From NCBI GenBank assembly GCA_963746845.1, contig CAVVCZ010000004.1, positions 32,001-96,000 on the forward strand: a stretch of 64,000 bases of DNA, in the 5' to 3' direction. The DNA is from an uncultured Chloroflexia bacterium. Its GTDB lineage: Bacteria; Chloroflexota; Limnocylindria; Limnocylindrales; CSP1-4. How positions within the stretch are numbered: the stretch's first letter is position 1; every line of letters starts with the position of its first letter. The notes under the pieces are model-generated. The model had not been told where the DNA came from. It saw only the letters and a list, made by a program, of their open reading frames with translations, and searched no databases. Positions 46,062-56,299 of the stretch are shown in pieces. A program made the translations under genes and the position numbers.

Positions 46062-48908
46062 CTAGCCGTCCTCGTCCATGACCCGCAGCGAGAACCCGAA
46101 CTCGGCGCCGCCCGACTCCGCGTTCCGGGCCCAGATCCGGCCACCCATCGCCCGGATCAACCGGGCGCACACGAACAGCCCGATCCCCGCGCCGGATGCG
46201 CTCCGAGCCGTCTCGGCGGATCGGAAGAACAGCTCGAACAGCTGGTCCGTCTCCTCGGGCGGGAAGCCGGGGCCGTTGTCGACGATCCGCACGATCACGT
46301 CGTCCGGGGTCGACTCGACCGTCACCCGGACCGACGCGCCGGCGCCGCCGTACTTCGCCGCGTTCGACAGGAGGTTCCGGACGACCTGCTCGACATAGGT
46401 CGGATCCGCGACGACCGTCGGCAGGCCGCCCGGCATGTCCAGCGCGAATGACACGCCCGGCCAGCGGCTCTCCTCGGACGCGAGGACCGACGGCAGGAGT
46501 CGCTGGAGGAGCACCGGCTCCGCGCCGACATCGCCGCCCTCGTCGCCGAACCGGGTCATCGCGACGACGTCCTCGACGAGCCGGTGGAGGCGCTCCGACT
46601 CGATCACGATGTCCCCGAAGATCTCGGCCCGCGTCTCGGCCGCCAGCTCGCCCGGCCGCGACAGGACCTTCGCGCCGGCGTAGATCGTCGTCACCGGCGT
46701 CCGCAGCTCGTGCGACAGCACGCCGATGAACGTGTCCCGGACGGCCTGCCGCTGGCGGGCCTCGGTCACGTCGCGCAGGACGACGAGCGTCTCGGCGCGG
46801 GCGTCGGCCTCGCGATCGGCCCCGACGAGCCACGTCGAGATCTCGATCCAGCGCTCTTCGCCGTGGCATGCCCGGAGCTCGACCGGCCCGCCCGTGCGAC
46901 CGAGCGCCGGCGCCAGCTCGTCGGGATCGTCGAGCTGGGCGAGGATGTCGGCGAAGGTCTCCTCCTCCACGTCCGGGAAGAGGTCCTCCGCGGCCGGGTT
47001 CGAGAGGATGATCCGGCCGTCGCGGTCGCACACGAACACGCCCTCGCCCATCGCCCGGATGACCGCGTTCAGCTCCGCGGCACGGGCGTGCTCCGACGCG
47101 GCGAGGCGCCGGAGCGTCTCCTCGGCGGCGATCCGCTCGCGCAGGTCGCGGGCCACCGCGAGGATCCGGGGCGGCTCCGATGCGAGGGTGACGAGCTGGA
47201 GCCGGATTTCGACGGGGATCGGCGCCGCCCCGGATCGCGCGAGATGCACGGTGTCGGTCCGCGCCTCCGCCTCGCCGGCGTCGAGGGCGTCGATCGACGC
47301 CCGGACGGCCCGTGCCTCCCCCTCGTCGAGGTGCGACTCGAGGGTCGTCCCGACGAGCTCGTCGATGGATCGGCCGAACTGCTCGGCCGCACCCTGGTTG
47401 GCGTACACGATCCGCCCGGCGTCGACGTCCGTCAGGACGACGGCGTCGCTCGTGGCGTCGAGGAGCCGCTTGAACCGGACGCCCTCGCGGAACAGGCGGG
47501 CGTTCTCGATCGCTGCGGCGGCACGGGTCGCGAGGGCTTCGGCGAAGGCGACGTCGTCGGGCTCGAACCGCCGGCCCGAATCGCCGTGGATCAGTGTGAG
47601 GACGCCGAGGATGCGGCCGCCTGCCGTCAGCGGGACGGCCAGGGCCGAACGAAGCGACAAGGCGCGCAACATCTCGCGGTGGCGGTCGTCGCGGGCCGCG
47701 GCGTCGACCTGTTCGGGGGTGATGTCCGGGACGTACTCCGTGTGCCCGTCGCGGAGGATCGACGCCGCGCCGATCGGCGCGTCCGGGTCCGTCGGATACT
47801 CGCTCGAGACCTGGATCGCCAGGGCGACGCGGGTTGGGTCGCGATGGGCGACCGCGATCCGGCGCGGGACGCCCTCCTGGTCGGCGAGCTGGACCACGCA
47901 CCAGTCCGCGAACTGGGGCACCGCGAGGTCGGCCACGCTCTGGACCGTCTGCTCGGCGTCGAGCGACGATGCCAGGACGTCGCTCGCCCGGGCGAGGAAC
48001 TGCTCGCGCTCCTGGGCGATCACCCGCTCCGTGATGTCGGTCACCGTCTCGATCACGAGATCGATCCCGCCCGTGTGATCGCGCATCGGGCTCGCGCTGA
48101 TGCTGTACGAGCGCTGGGCGCCCGTGTCGGTCTCGATCGTGAGGACGTCGTTGTGGACGGACTCGCCACGGACCGCCCGGCGGAGCGGCCAGTCGTCCTC
48201 GGCGACCCGGCTGCCGTCCTGGCGGAAGCCCGGATTGCCGAGGTATTCGGGCGTCTCGCCGACCCGCAGCCGGAGGTGCGGCAGACGCCGGGCGGCATCG
48301 TTCGCGAACAGCAGGGTGCCGGTCGACGCATCGACGAGGATCACGCCGACCGGCATGTGGCGCAGGACGGATTCGAGGCGGTCCTCGGCGCGTCGGCGCT
48401 GCTCGGCCATCTCCCGGAACCGCAGCTCCCGCTCGCGGATCCGGCGCTCCGACTCGACCCGCGGCGTCACGTCGTGGAAGGTGTTGACCACCACCATCGT
48501 GCCGTCGGGGAGCGTGACCGGCCGCGCGTGGAGGAGCGACCAGCGCTCGATGTCGTCGGCCAGCCGGAACCCGACGACGACGGGTGCGGCCGGCTCGCCG
48601 TGGAGGATGTGACGACCGGGCAGGTCCGCGAGATGGAACGGCCGGCCGTTCTCGTCGACCAGGGCGAGACGGGCGATCAGGTCCTCCGGGCTTGCGGCGA
48701 GCATCGCCCCGGGGGAATCGAAGCCCGCCATGCGGGCGGCGAGCGCGTTGACGTAGATCAGGCGGCCGGACGCGTCCTGGACGCTGATCCCGGCGGTGAC
48801 GCCGGCCAGCACGACCTCCAGGTCGATCGGCGGAGCGGGCTTCGTCGGCGTCGGTCGGGCTGCGCTCGGAGACCCGGTCTCGACGGGAACGGCGACGACG
48901 GCTTTCAC
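46062..48908 (-). CDS. PAS/GAF sensor histidine kinase
   Basis: Several PAS domains, GAF (VPQFADWC), H-box SHELRTP, NLLSNAAKY, DNGPG, GAGIGL; start uncertain. Confidence 0.93.
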   Translation of the reverse strand: MKAVVAVPVETGSPSAARPTPTKPAPPIDLEVVLAGVTAGISVQDASGRLIYVNALAARMAGFDSPGAMLAASPEDLIARLALVDENGRPFHLADLPGRHILHGEPAAPVVVGFRLADDIERWSLLHARPVTLPDGTMVVVNTFHDVTPRVESERRIRERELRFREMAEQRRRAEDRLESVLRHMPVGVILVDASTGTLLFANDAARRLPHLRLRVGETPEYLGNPGFRQDGSRVAEDDWPLRRAVRGESVHNDVLTIETDTGAQRSYSISASPMRDHTGGIDLVIETVTDITERVIAQEREQFLARASDVLASSLDAEQTVQSVADLAVPQFADWCVVQLADQEGVPRRIAVAHRDPTRVALAIQVSSEYPTDPDAPIGAASILRDGHTEYVPDITPEQVDAAARDDRHREMLRALSLRSALAVPLTAGGRILGVLTLIHGDSGRRFEPDDVAFAEALATRAAAAIENARLFREGVRFKRLLDATSDAVVLTDVDAGRIVYANQGAAEQFGRSIDELVGTTLESHLDEGEARAVRASIDALDAGEAEARTDTVHLARSGAAPIPVEIRLQLVTLASEPPRILAVARDLRERIAAEETLRRLAASEHARAAELNAVIRAMGEGVFVCDRDGRIILSNPAAEDLFPDVEEETFADILAQLDDPDELAPALGRTGGPVELRACHGEERWIEISTWLVGADREADARAETLVVLRDVTEARQRQAVRDTFIGVLSHELRTPVTTIYAGAKVLSRPGELAAETRAEIFGDIVIESERLHRLVEDVVAMTRFGDEGGDVGAEPVLLQRLLPSVLASEESRWPGVSFALDMPGGLPTVVADPTYVEQVVRNLLSNAAKYGGAGASVRVTVESTPDDVIVRIVDNGPGFPPEETDQLFELFFRSAETARSASGAGIGLFVCARLIRAMGGRIWARNAESGGAEFGFSLRVMDEDG

Positions 48909-49085
48909 GGTGGATGGGTGCGGGTGGGCGACCAGATCACGGATCCTCGATCCCTCGACGCCATGGGGGAGGGCGTCCGTTGCAGTCGAGCAAACCGGAC
49001 GTCGTTCGGGCATGCGCGCGGTTTGCGCGGGTCTTGCAGTTTTCTTGCAAGCCCCGCCCGGGATCGTTCCGGGTACGATCCGGCG

Positions 49086-49730
49086 ATGGCAACCAGCACG
49101 ACACCCGGCTCGATCACGGTTCCCGGCCGCGGCACGGTCCGTGTGGACCCCGATGTCGCGACGATCCGCTTCGGTGCGGTCGTCGTGCGGCCGACGGCCG
49201 GCGACGCCCGGTCCGCCGCCGCCGCGACGATGGGTGGCGTGATCGACGCCCTGACCGGCGGCGGCGTCGATCGACGCGACCTCCAGACGACGCTCGTCGG
49301 GCTCGACGCCGTGCGCGAGTACGGGCAGGACGGCAGCGCGCGGGTGACCGGCTATCAGCTCAACAACACGATCGAGGCGACGGTCCGGAAGATCGACACG
49401 GTCGGTTCATTGATCGATGCCGCCCTCGCGGCCGGAGCGACGAGCATGGACGGCCTGACCTTCCGTCTCGCGGACCCGACCGAGGCGTTGTCCGAGGCGC
49501 GCCGGCGGGCCGTCGCGGATGCCCGCGCCCGGGCCGTGACGCTCGCCGCGGAGGCGGGCGTGACCCTGGGTTCGGTCGTCGCGATCACCGAGGGTGGCGC
49601 GTTGCCGCCCGGTCCGCCGCGGCCGATGGCCGAGATGCGGATGAAGGCCGCCGCCGACATCGCGACACCCGTCGAGGCGGGCACGAACGAGCTCGAGATC
49701 GGCGTCACCGTGAGCTTCGAGATCGGCTGA
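49086..49730 (+). CDS. SIMPL (DUF541) domain protein
   Basis: ITVPGRGTVRVDPD..GY..N..AVADARARA..V.V.F. Confidence 0.9.
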   Translation: MATSTTPGSITVPGRGTVRVDPDVATIRFGAVVVRPTAGDARSAAAATMGGVIDALTGGGVDRRDLQTTLVGLDAVREYGQDGSARVTGYQLNNTIEATVRKIDTVGSLIDAALAAGATSMDGLTFRLADPTEALSEARRRAVADARARAVTLAAEAGVTLGSVVAITEGGALPPGPPRPMAEMRMKAAADIATPVEAGTNELEIGVTVSFEIG

Positions 49731-49767
49731 TCGCGCCCACACAGCTCCGCTCGGGGGCGGGTGGAAG

Positions 49768-51096
49768 TCAGCCCCGCGAGGCCACGACCCGGAGCAGCTC
49801 GCCGCCGCTGATGTCGACCGCATAGAGCTCGCCGGCCTCGTCCTCGCCGAACGCTGCGAAGCTGTGGCCCGAATCGTCGACGAACGTCGGGTCGCGGGGT
49901 CCGTCGGTCGCAGGGTCGATCGCCCAGACCTTGCCCGAGCAGTAGTCGCCAAAGACGTAGCCGCCGGCCAACGCGGGTTGGGCCGTCCCCCGATAGACGT
50001 ACCCGCCGATCACCGTGCAGCCCAGGACATGACCGTACTCGGTCACGGGAGGCGTCAGCGCCGGGCTCTCGCAGCCGGTCGATGGCTGGAAGCAGTGGCT
50101 GCCCTCCATCCGGTTCCAGCCGAAGTTCGTGCCGCCCGGGGCCCCGGCGCGCTGGACATCGATCTCCTCCCATGCCGACTGGCCGACGTCGCCGATCCAC
50201 AGGTCGCCCGTCGCCCGATCGAAGCTCATCCGCCACGGATTCCGGAGCCCCGTCAGCCAGATCTCGGGCAACCCGCCGGCGCCGTCCGCGAAGGGGTTGT
50301 CGGTCGGGATCCCGTACGCCCGGCCACCGGACGGGTGGTCGACATCGATCCGGAGGATCTTCGCCAGAAGCGTGGTCAGCGACTGGCCGTTCCCCTGGGG
50401 GTCGCCGCCGGAGCCGCCGTCGCCCAGCGCGATGTAGAGGTTCCCATCGGGCCCGAACGCGAGCGCGCCGCCGTTGTGGTTCGAGAACGGCTGCTCGATG
50501 TGGATGATCCGAACCTCCGAGGCCGGGTCCACGCGATCCGGATCGCCCGCCGCGACCGTGAACGACGAGACCTGCGTGTCACCGGCCGGATCCGTGTAGT
50601 CGACGAAGACCCGGGGATCCGCCGGGTACCGCGGATGAAACGCCACGCCGAGGAGGCCCCGCTCGCCGCCACTCGAGATCTGGCCCGAGATGTCCAGGAA
50701 GGGGCTCGGTGCGAGCGTGCCGTCCCGGACGATGGAGATCCGGCCGCCCTGCTCGGCAATGAACAGTCGGTTGGTCCCGTCGTGGGCGTTGACAACCGCA
50801 AGTGGCGCGGCCAGCCCCGAGACGACGACGTCGAAGGTGAGCGTGAGTCCGGTCGGATCGAACGCGGGGCCCGGCGAGCCGGCGGGCGTCGGGCTCGGGC
50901 GAACCGTCGGCGACGCAGACGGGGACGCGCCGGCCGACGGGGCGGGGAGGGTCCCGGGAGGCGTCGCCGGGGATGGCGAGGCGGATCGCGCGGCGCCGCC
51001 GCAGGCCGCGGTGACGATCGCGACCGACGCGGCAAGGAGCGCGGCCCGGGCGAGCGGTGGGCGTCGCCGGGTCGTGCGGGTGGCACGGGGTGACAT
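49768..51096 (-). CDS. PQQ-dependent sugar (glucose/sorbosone) dehydrogenase family lipoprotein
   Basis: ERGLLG.AFHP, NHNGG, FGPDG.LYIALGDGG, GLRNPWR.SFD, DVGQ..WEEI; lipobox TAAC. Confidence 0.92.
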   Translation of the reverse strand: MSPRATRTTRRRPPLARAALLAASVAIVTAACGGAARSASPSPATPPGTLPAPSAGASPSASPTVRPSPTPAGSPGPAFDPTGLTLTFDVVVSGLAAPLAVVNAHDGTNRLFIAEQGGRISIVRDGTLAPSPFLDISGQISSGGERGLLGVAFHPRYPADPRVFVDYTDPAGDTQVSSFTVAAGDPDRVDPASEVRIIHIEQPFSNHNGGALAFGPDGNLYIALGDGGSGGDPQGNGQSLTTLLAKILRIDVDHPSGGRAYGIPTDNPFADGAGGLPEIWLTGLRNPWRMSFDRATGDLWIGDVGQSAWEEIDVQRAGAPGGTNFGWNRMEGSHCFQPSTGCESPALTPPVTEYGHVLGCTVIGGYVYRGTAQPALAGGYVFGDYCSGKVWAIDPATDGPRDPTFVDDSGHSFAAFGEDEAGELYAVDISGGELLRVVASRG

Positions 51097-51163
51097 CGTG
51101 GAATCCTACGATCGTCGCGGCGCGGACGCTCCCGAGCCTCCCGGCTCCCACTATCCTCGCGCC

Positions 51164-51496
51164 ATGGATGCCTTCGAGCTGTCGGAGCTGATCGCCCGAC
51201 GAACGGCCAGCGGCCGACCCTACCTGGAGTTCATCACGGTCCCGGACCTGTCGGTCGGGCTGTACGTCCTGGCGGCCGGTCAGCCGGACCTCCAGCAGCC
51301 CCATCTGGAGGACGAGGTCTACCACGTGATCAGCGGCCGCGGCCGGATCTCGGTCGGGGACGAGGACCGCGAGGTCGGGCCCGGGTCGACGGTCTTCGTC
51401 GCGGCGACCGTGCCCCACGCGTTCCACGACATCACCGAGGACCTGACGATCTTCGTCGCGTTCGGGCCGGCCGAGGGATCCCGGGCTCGAGGCTGA
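51164..51496 (+). CDS. Cupin domain protein
   Basis: QPHLEDEVYHVISGRG..VPHAFH. Confidence 0.9.
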   Translation: MDAFELSELIARRTASGRPYLEFITVPDLSVGLYVLAAGQPDLQQPHLEDEVYHVISGRGRISVGDEDREVGPGSTVFVAATVPHAFHDITEDLTIFVAFGPAEGSRARG

Positions 51497-51505
51497 GCGA
51501 GCCCG

Positions 51506-52243
51506 TCAGCCGAGACGGGCCTCCGCCGCCAGGGACGCCAGCTCCAGCGCCAGCTCCGCGCCGCGTCCGGCGTCGTCGTGGCGGAAGTAGACGAGCGCGT
51601 CGACGCCGTCCGCGAGGAACGGCTCCAGCCGATCGAGCCACCGCCGGAGCTCGTCGGGCGGATAGTCGGGCCGCCGGAGCCGGAGATAGAGCAGGGACCC
51701 CGTCCGCCGGATCGTCAAGGGCTCGTCGGCGTCGGGCAGGTCCGTCGTGACGAGCGCCGCCCCCGCGTCCGACAGCGTGGCGAACGTCTCGTCGACGTGC
51801 CACGACGCGTCCTGGAACTCCATCGCGAGGGGCAGGTCGCGCGGCCACGCGGCCAGCATCGCGGCGAGGCGGTCGTCGTCGCGCGGCACGCCCTCGGGGA
51901 CACGGAAGAGGACGGTCCCCAGCCGGTCGCCGAACCGCAGTAGCGGCGTCGTCAGCCAGGGGACGCTCTCGATCGGGTCCACCCGGATCGCGCGCCACGA
52001 CCCGCCCTTCTGGGCCTTGACCGCGAACCGGAAGTCGTCCGGCGTCGCGGCGAGCCAGCCGTCGATCGCGGCGGGCGTCGGGGTCCGGTAGAAGGTGTTG
52101 TTCAGCTCGACCGTCGACAGACGCGAGCCGTAGTGGCGGAGGAGGTCGCCGGACCGGAGCCCCGGCGGATAGAACCGGGGCGACCACGCCGGATACGCGA
52201 AGCCGCTCGTGCCCGTGCGCAGGCGTCCGCCCGCGGGGCTCAC
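51506..52243 (-). CDS. DUF72 family protein
   Basis: GTSGFAYPAW..FYP..TVELNNTFYR..FRFAVKA..YLRLR. Confidence 0.93.
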   Translation of the reverse strand: MSPAGGRLRTGTSGFAYPAWSPRFYPPGLRSGDLLRHYGSRLSTVELNNTFYRTPTPAAIDGWLAATPDDFRFAVKAQKGGSWRAIRVDPIESVPWLTTPLLRFGDRLGTVLFRVPEGVPRDDDRLAAMLAAWPRDLPLAMEFQDASWHVDETFATLSDAGAALVTTDLPDADEPLTIRRTGSLLYLRLRRPDYPPDELRRWLDRLEPFLADGVDALVYFRHDDAGRGAELALELASLAAEARLG

Positions 52244-52267
52244 CTGCCGGACCGCCCGGTCACCGGC

Positions 52268-52813
52268 TCACGCCTCGGCGGGAGGGCACCCCTCGTGGCT
52301 CGACCGGCCGTCGGTGGCGAGCGGCGACGCGACGCGGCCCAGGCTCGCCTCGAGCGACGCGAGCTCGGCGGCGTCGAGACGATCGAGGAAATAGGTCCGA
52401 ACCCCATCCAGGTGGGTCCGGCCGGCGGCGCGCAGCCGCTCCAGCCCGGCCGGCGTCAGGAGCGCCTCCTGGCCGCGGGCATCGGTCTCGCACGCGATCC
52501 GTTCGAGGCAGCCCTGCCCTTCGAGCCGATCGACGAGCCGCGTGATCCCGCTGCGCGAGAGGATCACCCGCTCCGCGAGGACGTTCATCCGGATCCGCCG
52601 GCCCGGGGTCGTCGCGACCTGGAGCAGGGCGTCGTACTCCGCGAGGGACAGGCCGTGGGCCGCCTGCAGCTCGTCGTCGAGCCGCCGCGTGATCCGGGCG
52701 TGCGCCTCGAGGAAGTTGCGCCACGCCTCGATCCCGGGTGGGTTCGCGACGCCAGCGCTGCCGCGACCCGCGGCGACGGGCGCGGGACGGGTGGGGGCGG
52801 CCGAACCGGACAT
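52268..52813 (-). CDS. MarR family regulator
   Basis: LSLAEYDALL..LSRSGITRLVDRLE..DARG..LT. Confidence 0.93.
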   Translation of the reverse strand: MSGSAAPTRPAPVAAGRGSAGVANPPGIEAWRNFLEAHARITRRLDDELQAAHGLSLAEYDALLQVATTPGRRIRMNVLAERVILSRSGITRLVDRLEGQGCLERIACETDARGQEALLTPAGLERLRAAGRTHLDGVRTYFLDRLDAAELASLEASLGRVASPLATDGRSSHEGCPPAEA

Positions 52814-52835
52814 GGTCGAATCGTACCCTTCCCGG

Positions 52836-52859
52836 AGATCGTTGACAACTCAACGATCT
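52836..52859. promoter_or_regulatory. Probable MarR operator
   Basis: Perfect inverted repeat AGATCGTTGA-CAAC-TCAACGATCT overlapping TTGACA between divergent genes. Confidence 0.75.
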
Positions 52860-52899
52860 TCGTCAGGCTACGATCGGGGCCACGCCAGCCGAGGTTCCC

Positions 52900-54174
52900 A
52901 TGGCCACCTTCGACGTCGACACCCTTCGTCGCCGCTTCCCGGCCCTCGCGATCGAGGACGGCGGCCGGCCGGTCGCCCTGTTCGACGGCCCGGGCGGCAC
53001 GCAGGTCCCGGAGTCGGTCATCGACGCGATCGCCGCGTACTACCGGACCGCGAACGCGAACCACGACGGCGCGTTCCTGACGAGCCGCCGGAGCGACGCG
53101 TCGGTCCACGAGGCGCATCGGGCGATGGCCGACATGCTCGGGGCCACGGATGCGTCCGAGATCAAGTTCGGCGCGAACATGACGTCGCTGACGTTCCACG
53201 TCAGCCGCTCGATCGGCGCGACGATGGCGCCCGGCGACGAGATCGTCGTGACGATCCTCGACCACGAGGGGAACGTCGGGCCGTGGAAGGCGATCGCGGC
53301 CGACCGGGGGCTCGTCGTGAAGACGCTCGACATCCGCGAGGCGGACTGCACGCTCGCGCTCGACCAGCTCGACGGGTTGCTCTCGGATCGGACCCGGCTC
53401 GTCGCGGTGGGCTGGGCGTCGAACGCGGTCGGGACGATCAACCCGGTTGCGGAGATCGTGCGGCGGGCGCATGCCGCCGGCGCCTGGACGTACCTCGACG
53501 CCGTCCACGCGGCGCCTCACCTGCCGATCGACGTCCGCGCCGTCGGCACGGACTTCCTCGCCTGCTCGACCTACAAGTTCTTCGGGCCGCACGCGGGCGT
53601 CCTCTACGGGCGCGCCGAGATCCTCGACCGGCTGCCGGCGTACAAGCTCCGGCCGGCGGAGGACCGGTTCGAAACCGGGACGGGCAACTTCGAGGGGCTG
53701 AACGGGGTCACCGCGGCGGTCGAGTACCTGGCGGACGTGGGGTCCGCCTACGGTGACGCGCCTGCGGGCGCCGGGCGGCGCGAGCGGGTGATCGCCGGGA
53801 TGACCGCGATCCGCGCCTACGAGATGGGCCTCTATCGCCGGCTCGTCGATGGCCTCGAGGCGATCCCGGGGCTCAGGCTGTACGGGATCACGGATCGGTC
53901 CCGGTTCGACGATCGAACGCCGACGGCGGCACTCCGCCTCGAAGGTGTCGCCCCGCGCGCGGTGGCCGAGGCGCTCGGTGCCGAGGGGATCGCGGTCTGG
54001 GACGGCGACTTCTACGCGACCGGCCTGATGGAGCGGCTCGGCCTGCTCGACCGCGGCGGCGTCGTCCGGATCGGGCTGACCCACTACAACACGGCGGGGG
54101 AGATCGATCGGCTGGTCGAGGCGCTCGGGCGGATCGCGGCCGGCGCGCGGCCCGTCGGATCCAGCGTCGGTTAG
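52900..54174 (+). CDS. Cysteine desulfurase-like class V PLP enzyme (TIGR01976-like)
   Basis: FDGPGGTQVP, FGANMT, LDHEGN..PW, DAVH, CSTYKFFGPH, ETGT. Confidence 0.9.
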   Translation: MATFDVDTLRRRFPALAIEDGGRPVALFDGPGGTQVPESVIDAIAAYYRTANANHDGAFLTSRRSDASVHEAHRAMADMLGATDASEIKFGANMTSLTFHVSRSIGATMAPGDEIVVTILDHEGNVGPWKAIAADRGLVVKTLDIREADCTLALDQLDGLLSDRTRLVAVGWASNAVGTINPVAEIVRRAHAAGAWTYLDAVHAAPHLPIDVRAVGTDFLACSTYKFFGPHAGVLYGRAEILDRLPAYKLRPAEDRFETGTGNFEGLNGVTAAVEYLADVGSAYGDAPAGAGRRERVIAGMTAIRAYEMGLYRRLVDGLEAIPGLRLYGITDRSRFDDRTPTAALRLEGVAPRAVAEALGAEGIAVWDGDFYATGLMERLGLLDRGGVVRIGLTHYNTAGEIDRLVEALGRIAAGARPVGSSVG

Positions 54175-54192
54175 CGATCCCGGGAACCGGCC

Positions 54193-55368
54193 GTGACCGC
54201 GCCCGACGTCGCGATCATCGGCGGCGGGATCGCCGGGACGTCGACGGCCGCCTACCTCGCCCGGGCCGGCCTGTCCGTCGTGCTCCACGAGCGGACGGCG
54301 ATCGCGGCCGGCGCGTCCGGCCGGAACTCGGGTGTCGTCCAGCATCCGCGTGACTGGGTCCTGGCCGAGCTGTACGAGCGAACGATCCGCGCCTACCGCG
54401 AGCTCGAGACCCTCACCGACGCCGGGTTCCGGCTGGGAGCTCGACCGGCCGGGCTGCTCCTGCTCGGTCGGGACGAACCGGTGGTCCGCGGCGCCGTCGA
54501 GTGGTGGGCACGCGCCTGGCCGGAGACCGAGGCGGAGCTCCTTGGGCCGCCATGGCTCCGCTCGGTCGAGCCCGAGCTCGCGCCGGACCTCCACGCCTGC
54601 CGCCTGGACATCGGCTACCCCGTCGCGCCCAGTGCGGCCACCGAGGCGTTCTGGCAGGTCGCGTCGCGGCACGGGGCGACGCTGCGTCTCGGCCATGATG
54701 CGACGCCCGCGATCGAGCGCGGCCACGTCACCGGGGTCCTGGTCGACGGGGTGCTCGAACCCGCCGGGCGGGTCGTCGTTGCCGCGGGTCCCTGGACGCC
54801 GGCCGTCGTGGACCCGACGGGATCCTGGCGACCGATCGTGCCGATGTGGGGCGTCGTCGCGAGCGTCGAGCTGGCGCGAGCCCCGCGTCACGCCCTCGAG
54901 TCGATCGACATCGAGGGGGACCCCGACGACGATGACGAGGGTCCTGCGCCCGTGCTGGCCGAGGACACCCTGCTGGTCCCGCCGGCGGACGACGCCGGGG
55001 TCGACTTCAGCCTCGTCCCGGCGGATCGCACAAGCTCCCTGGGTTCGACGTTCCTCCGGGATGAGCCGGACGCGCCGACATGGGTCCCGGCGCTCCAGCG
55101 GATCGGCGCCCGCTACGTCCCCGCGATCGCTGACGCCCCGGTGGTGGGGCTCCGCCACTGCGCCCGCCCGTTCGTCCGCGACGAGCGGCCGCTGATCGGG
55201 CCGGCGGGCTGGGTCGACGGGCTGTGGATCCTCGCGGGCCACGGGCTGTGGGGGATCTCGACGGGGCCGGGGTCCGCACGGATGCTCGTCGACGCGATGC
55301 TCGGGGGAGAGCTCGATCGGTTGGCCCTCTCCCTGAACCCCAACCGGTTCGGCGCGCCGGGCGCCTGA
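54193..55368 (+). CDS. FAD-dependent oxidoreductase (DAO family)
   Basis: IIGGGIAG, GASGRNSG, VVAAGPWT, CARP, GHGLWGIS.GP. Confidence 0.9.
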   Translation: MTAPDVAIIGGGIAGTSTAAYLARAGLSVVLHERTAIAAGASGRNSGVVQHPRDWVLAELYERTIRAYRELETLTDAGFRLGARPAGLLLLGRDEPVVRGAVEWWARAWPETEAELLGPPWLRSVEPELAPDLHACRLDIGYPVAPSAATEAFWQVASRHGATLRLGHDATPAIERGHVTGVLVDGVLEPAGRVVVAAGPWTPAVVDPTGSWRPIVPMWGVVASVELARAPRHALESIDIEGDPDDDDEGPAPVLAEDTLLVPPADDAGVDFSLVPADRTSSLGSTFLRDEPDAPTWVPALQRIGARYVPAIADAPVVGLRHCARPFVRDERPLIGPAGWVDGLWILAGHGLWGISTGPGSARMLVDAMLGGELDRLALSLNPNRFGAPGA

Positions 55369-55426
55369 CGCCAGCCCCGCCCGCAACGGTCGTCGGGAGA
55401 GCCGTTCCGCCGCGTATCCTCGGCGG

Positions 55427-56299
55427 GTGATCCCGACCCAGCTTCGCGTCGGCACCCGCAGCTCGACCGCGCCCCTGCGCGACGTCCTCGTCAAGCGGCC
55501 CGGGCCAGCGTTCGGCTGCGCCTTCGACGATCCGGCCCACGGCTTCCTCCGCCCGGTCGACCTCGCCGCCGCCCAGCGCGAGCACGATGGGCTCGTCGCG
55601 GTCCTCGACGGGCTCGGCGTCCGCGTCCACGCCCTCGACCACGAGCCGGCCGCCGATCCGGACCTGTGCTACGTCTTCGACCCGCTCCTGATCGGACCGG
55701 ACGGCGCGATCCCGCTCCGCCCCGGCAAGCCGAACCGGGCCGACGAGCCGGACGTCCTCGCCCGCTGGCTCGTCGAGCGGGGTGTCCCGATCAGCGGCCG
55801 GATCGAGGCGCCCGGCACGGTCGAGGGCGGGGACACGATCTGGCTGCGTGACGACCTGTTCGTGATCGGCCGAACGCTCCGGACGAATGACGCGGGTGCG
55901 CGGCAGCTCGCCGCGATCGTGGGTGGTGACACGCGGATCGTCGACGTCCCGTACTGGAAGGGGCCCGCGGAGCTCGTCCACCTGATGTCCGTGATCTCGC
56001 CGGTCAGCGACGATCTCGCCGTCGTGTTCCTGCCGCTGCTGCCCACGGGGCTCTGGGAATGGCTCGGGGACCTCAGGATCCGGCTCGTGCAGGTGCCCGA
56101 GGAGGAGTACCCGACCCTCGGCTGCAACGTGCTGGCGGTCCGGCCGGGCGTCGTGGTCGTGGCGGATGGCAACCGGGTCACGCGGCGTGGGCTCGAGGCG
56201 GTCGGCGTCGAGGTCCACGGAGTTCCGCTCCGCGAGGTCGGCGAGAACGGTTCGGGCGGGGTGACCTGCCTGACCCGGCCGCTGCTCCGCGAGGCGTGA
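55427..56299 (+). CDS. Amidinotransferase/DDAH/arginine deiminase superfamily enzyme
   Basis: AQREH, YVFDP, R..E, VEGGD, GRTLRTN, HL, GSGGVTCLTRP. Confidence 0.88.
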   Translation: MIPTQLRVGTRSSTAPLRDVLVKRPGPAFGCAFDDPAHGFLRPVDLAAAQREHDGLVAVLDGLGVRVHALDHEPAADPDLCYVFDPLLIGPDGAIPLRPGKPNRADEPDVLARWLVERGVPISGRIEAPGTVEGGDTIWLRDDLFVIGRTLRTNDAGARQLAAIVGGDTRIVDVPYWKGPAELVHLMSVISPVSDDLAVVFLPLLPTGLWEWLGDLRIRLVQVPEEEYPTLGCNVLAVRPGVVVVADGNRVTRRGLEAVGVEVHGVPLREVGENGSGGVTCLTRPLLREA

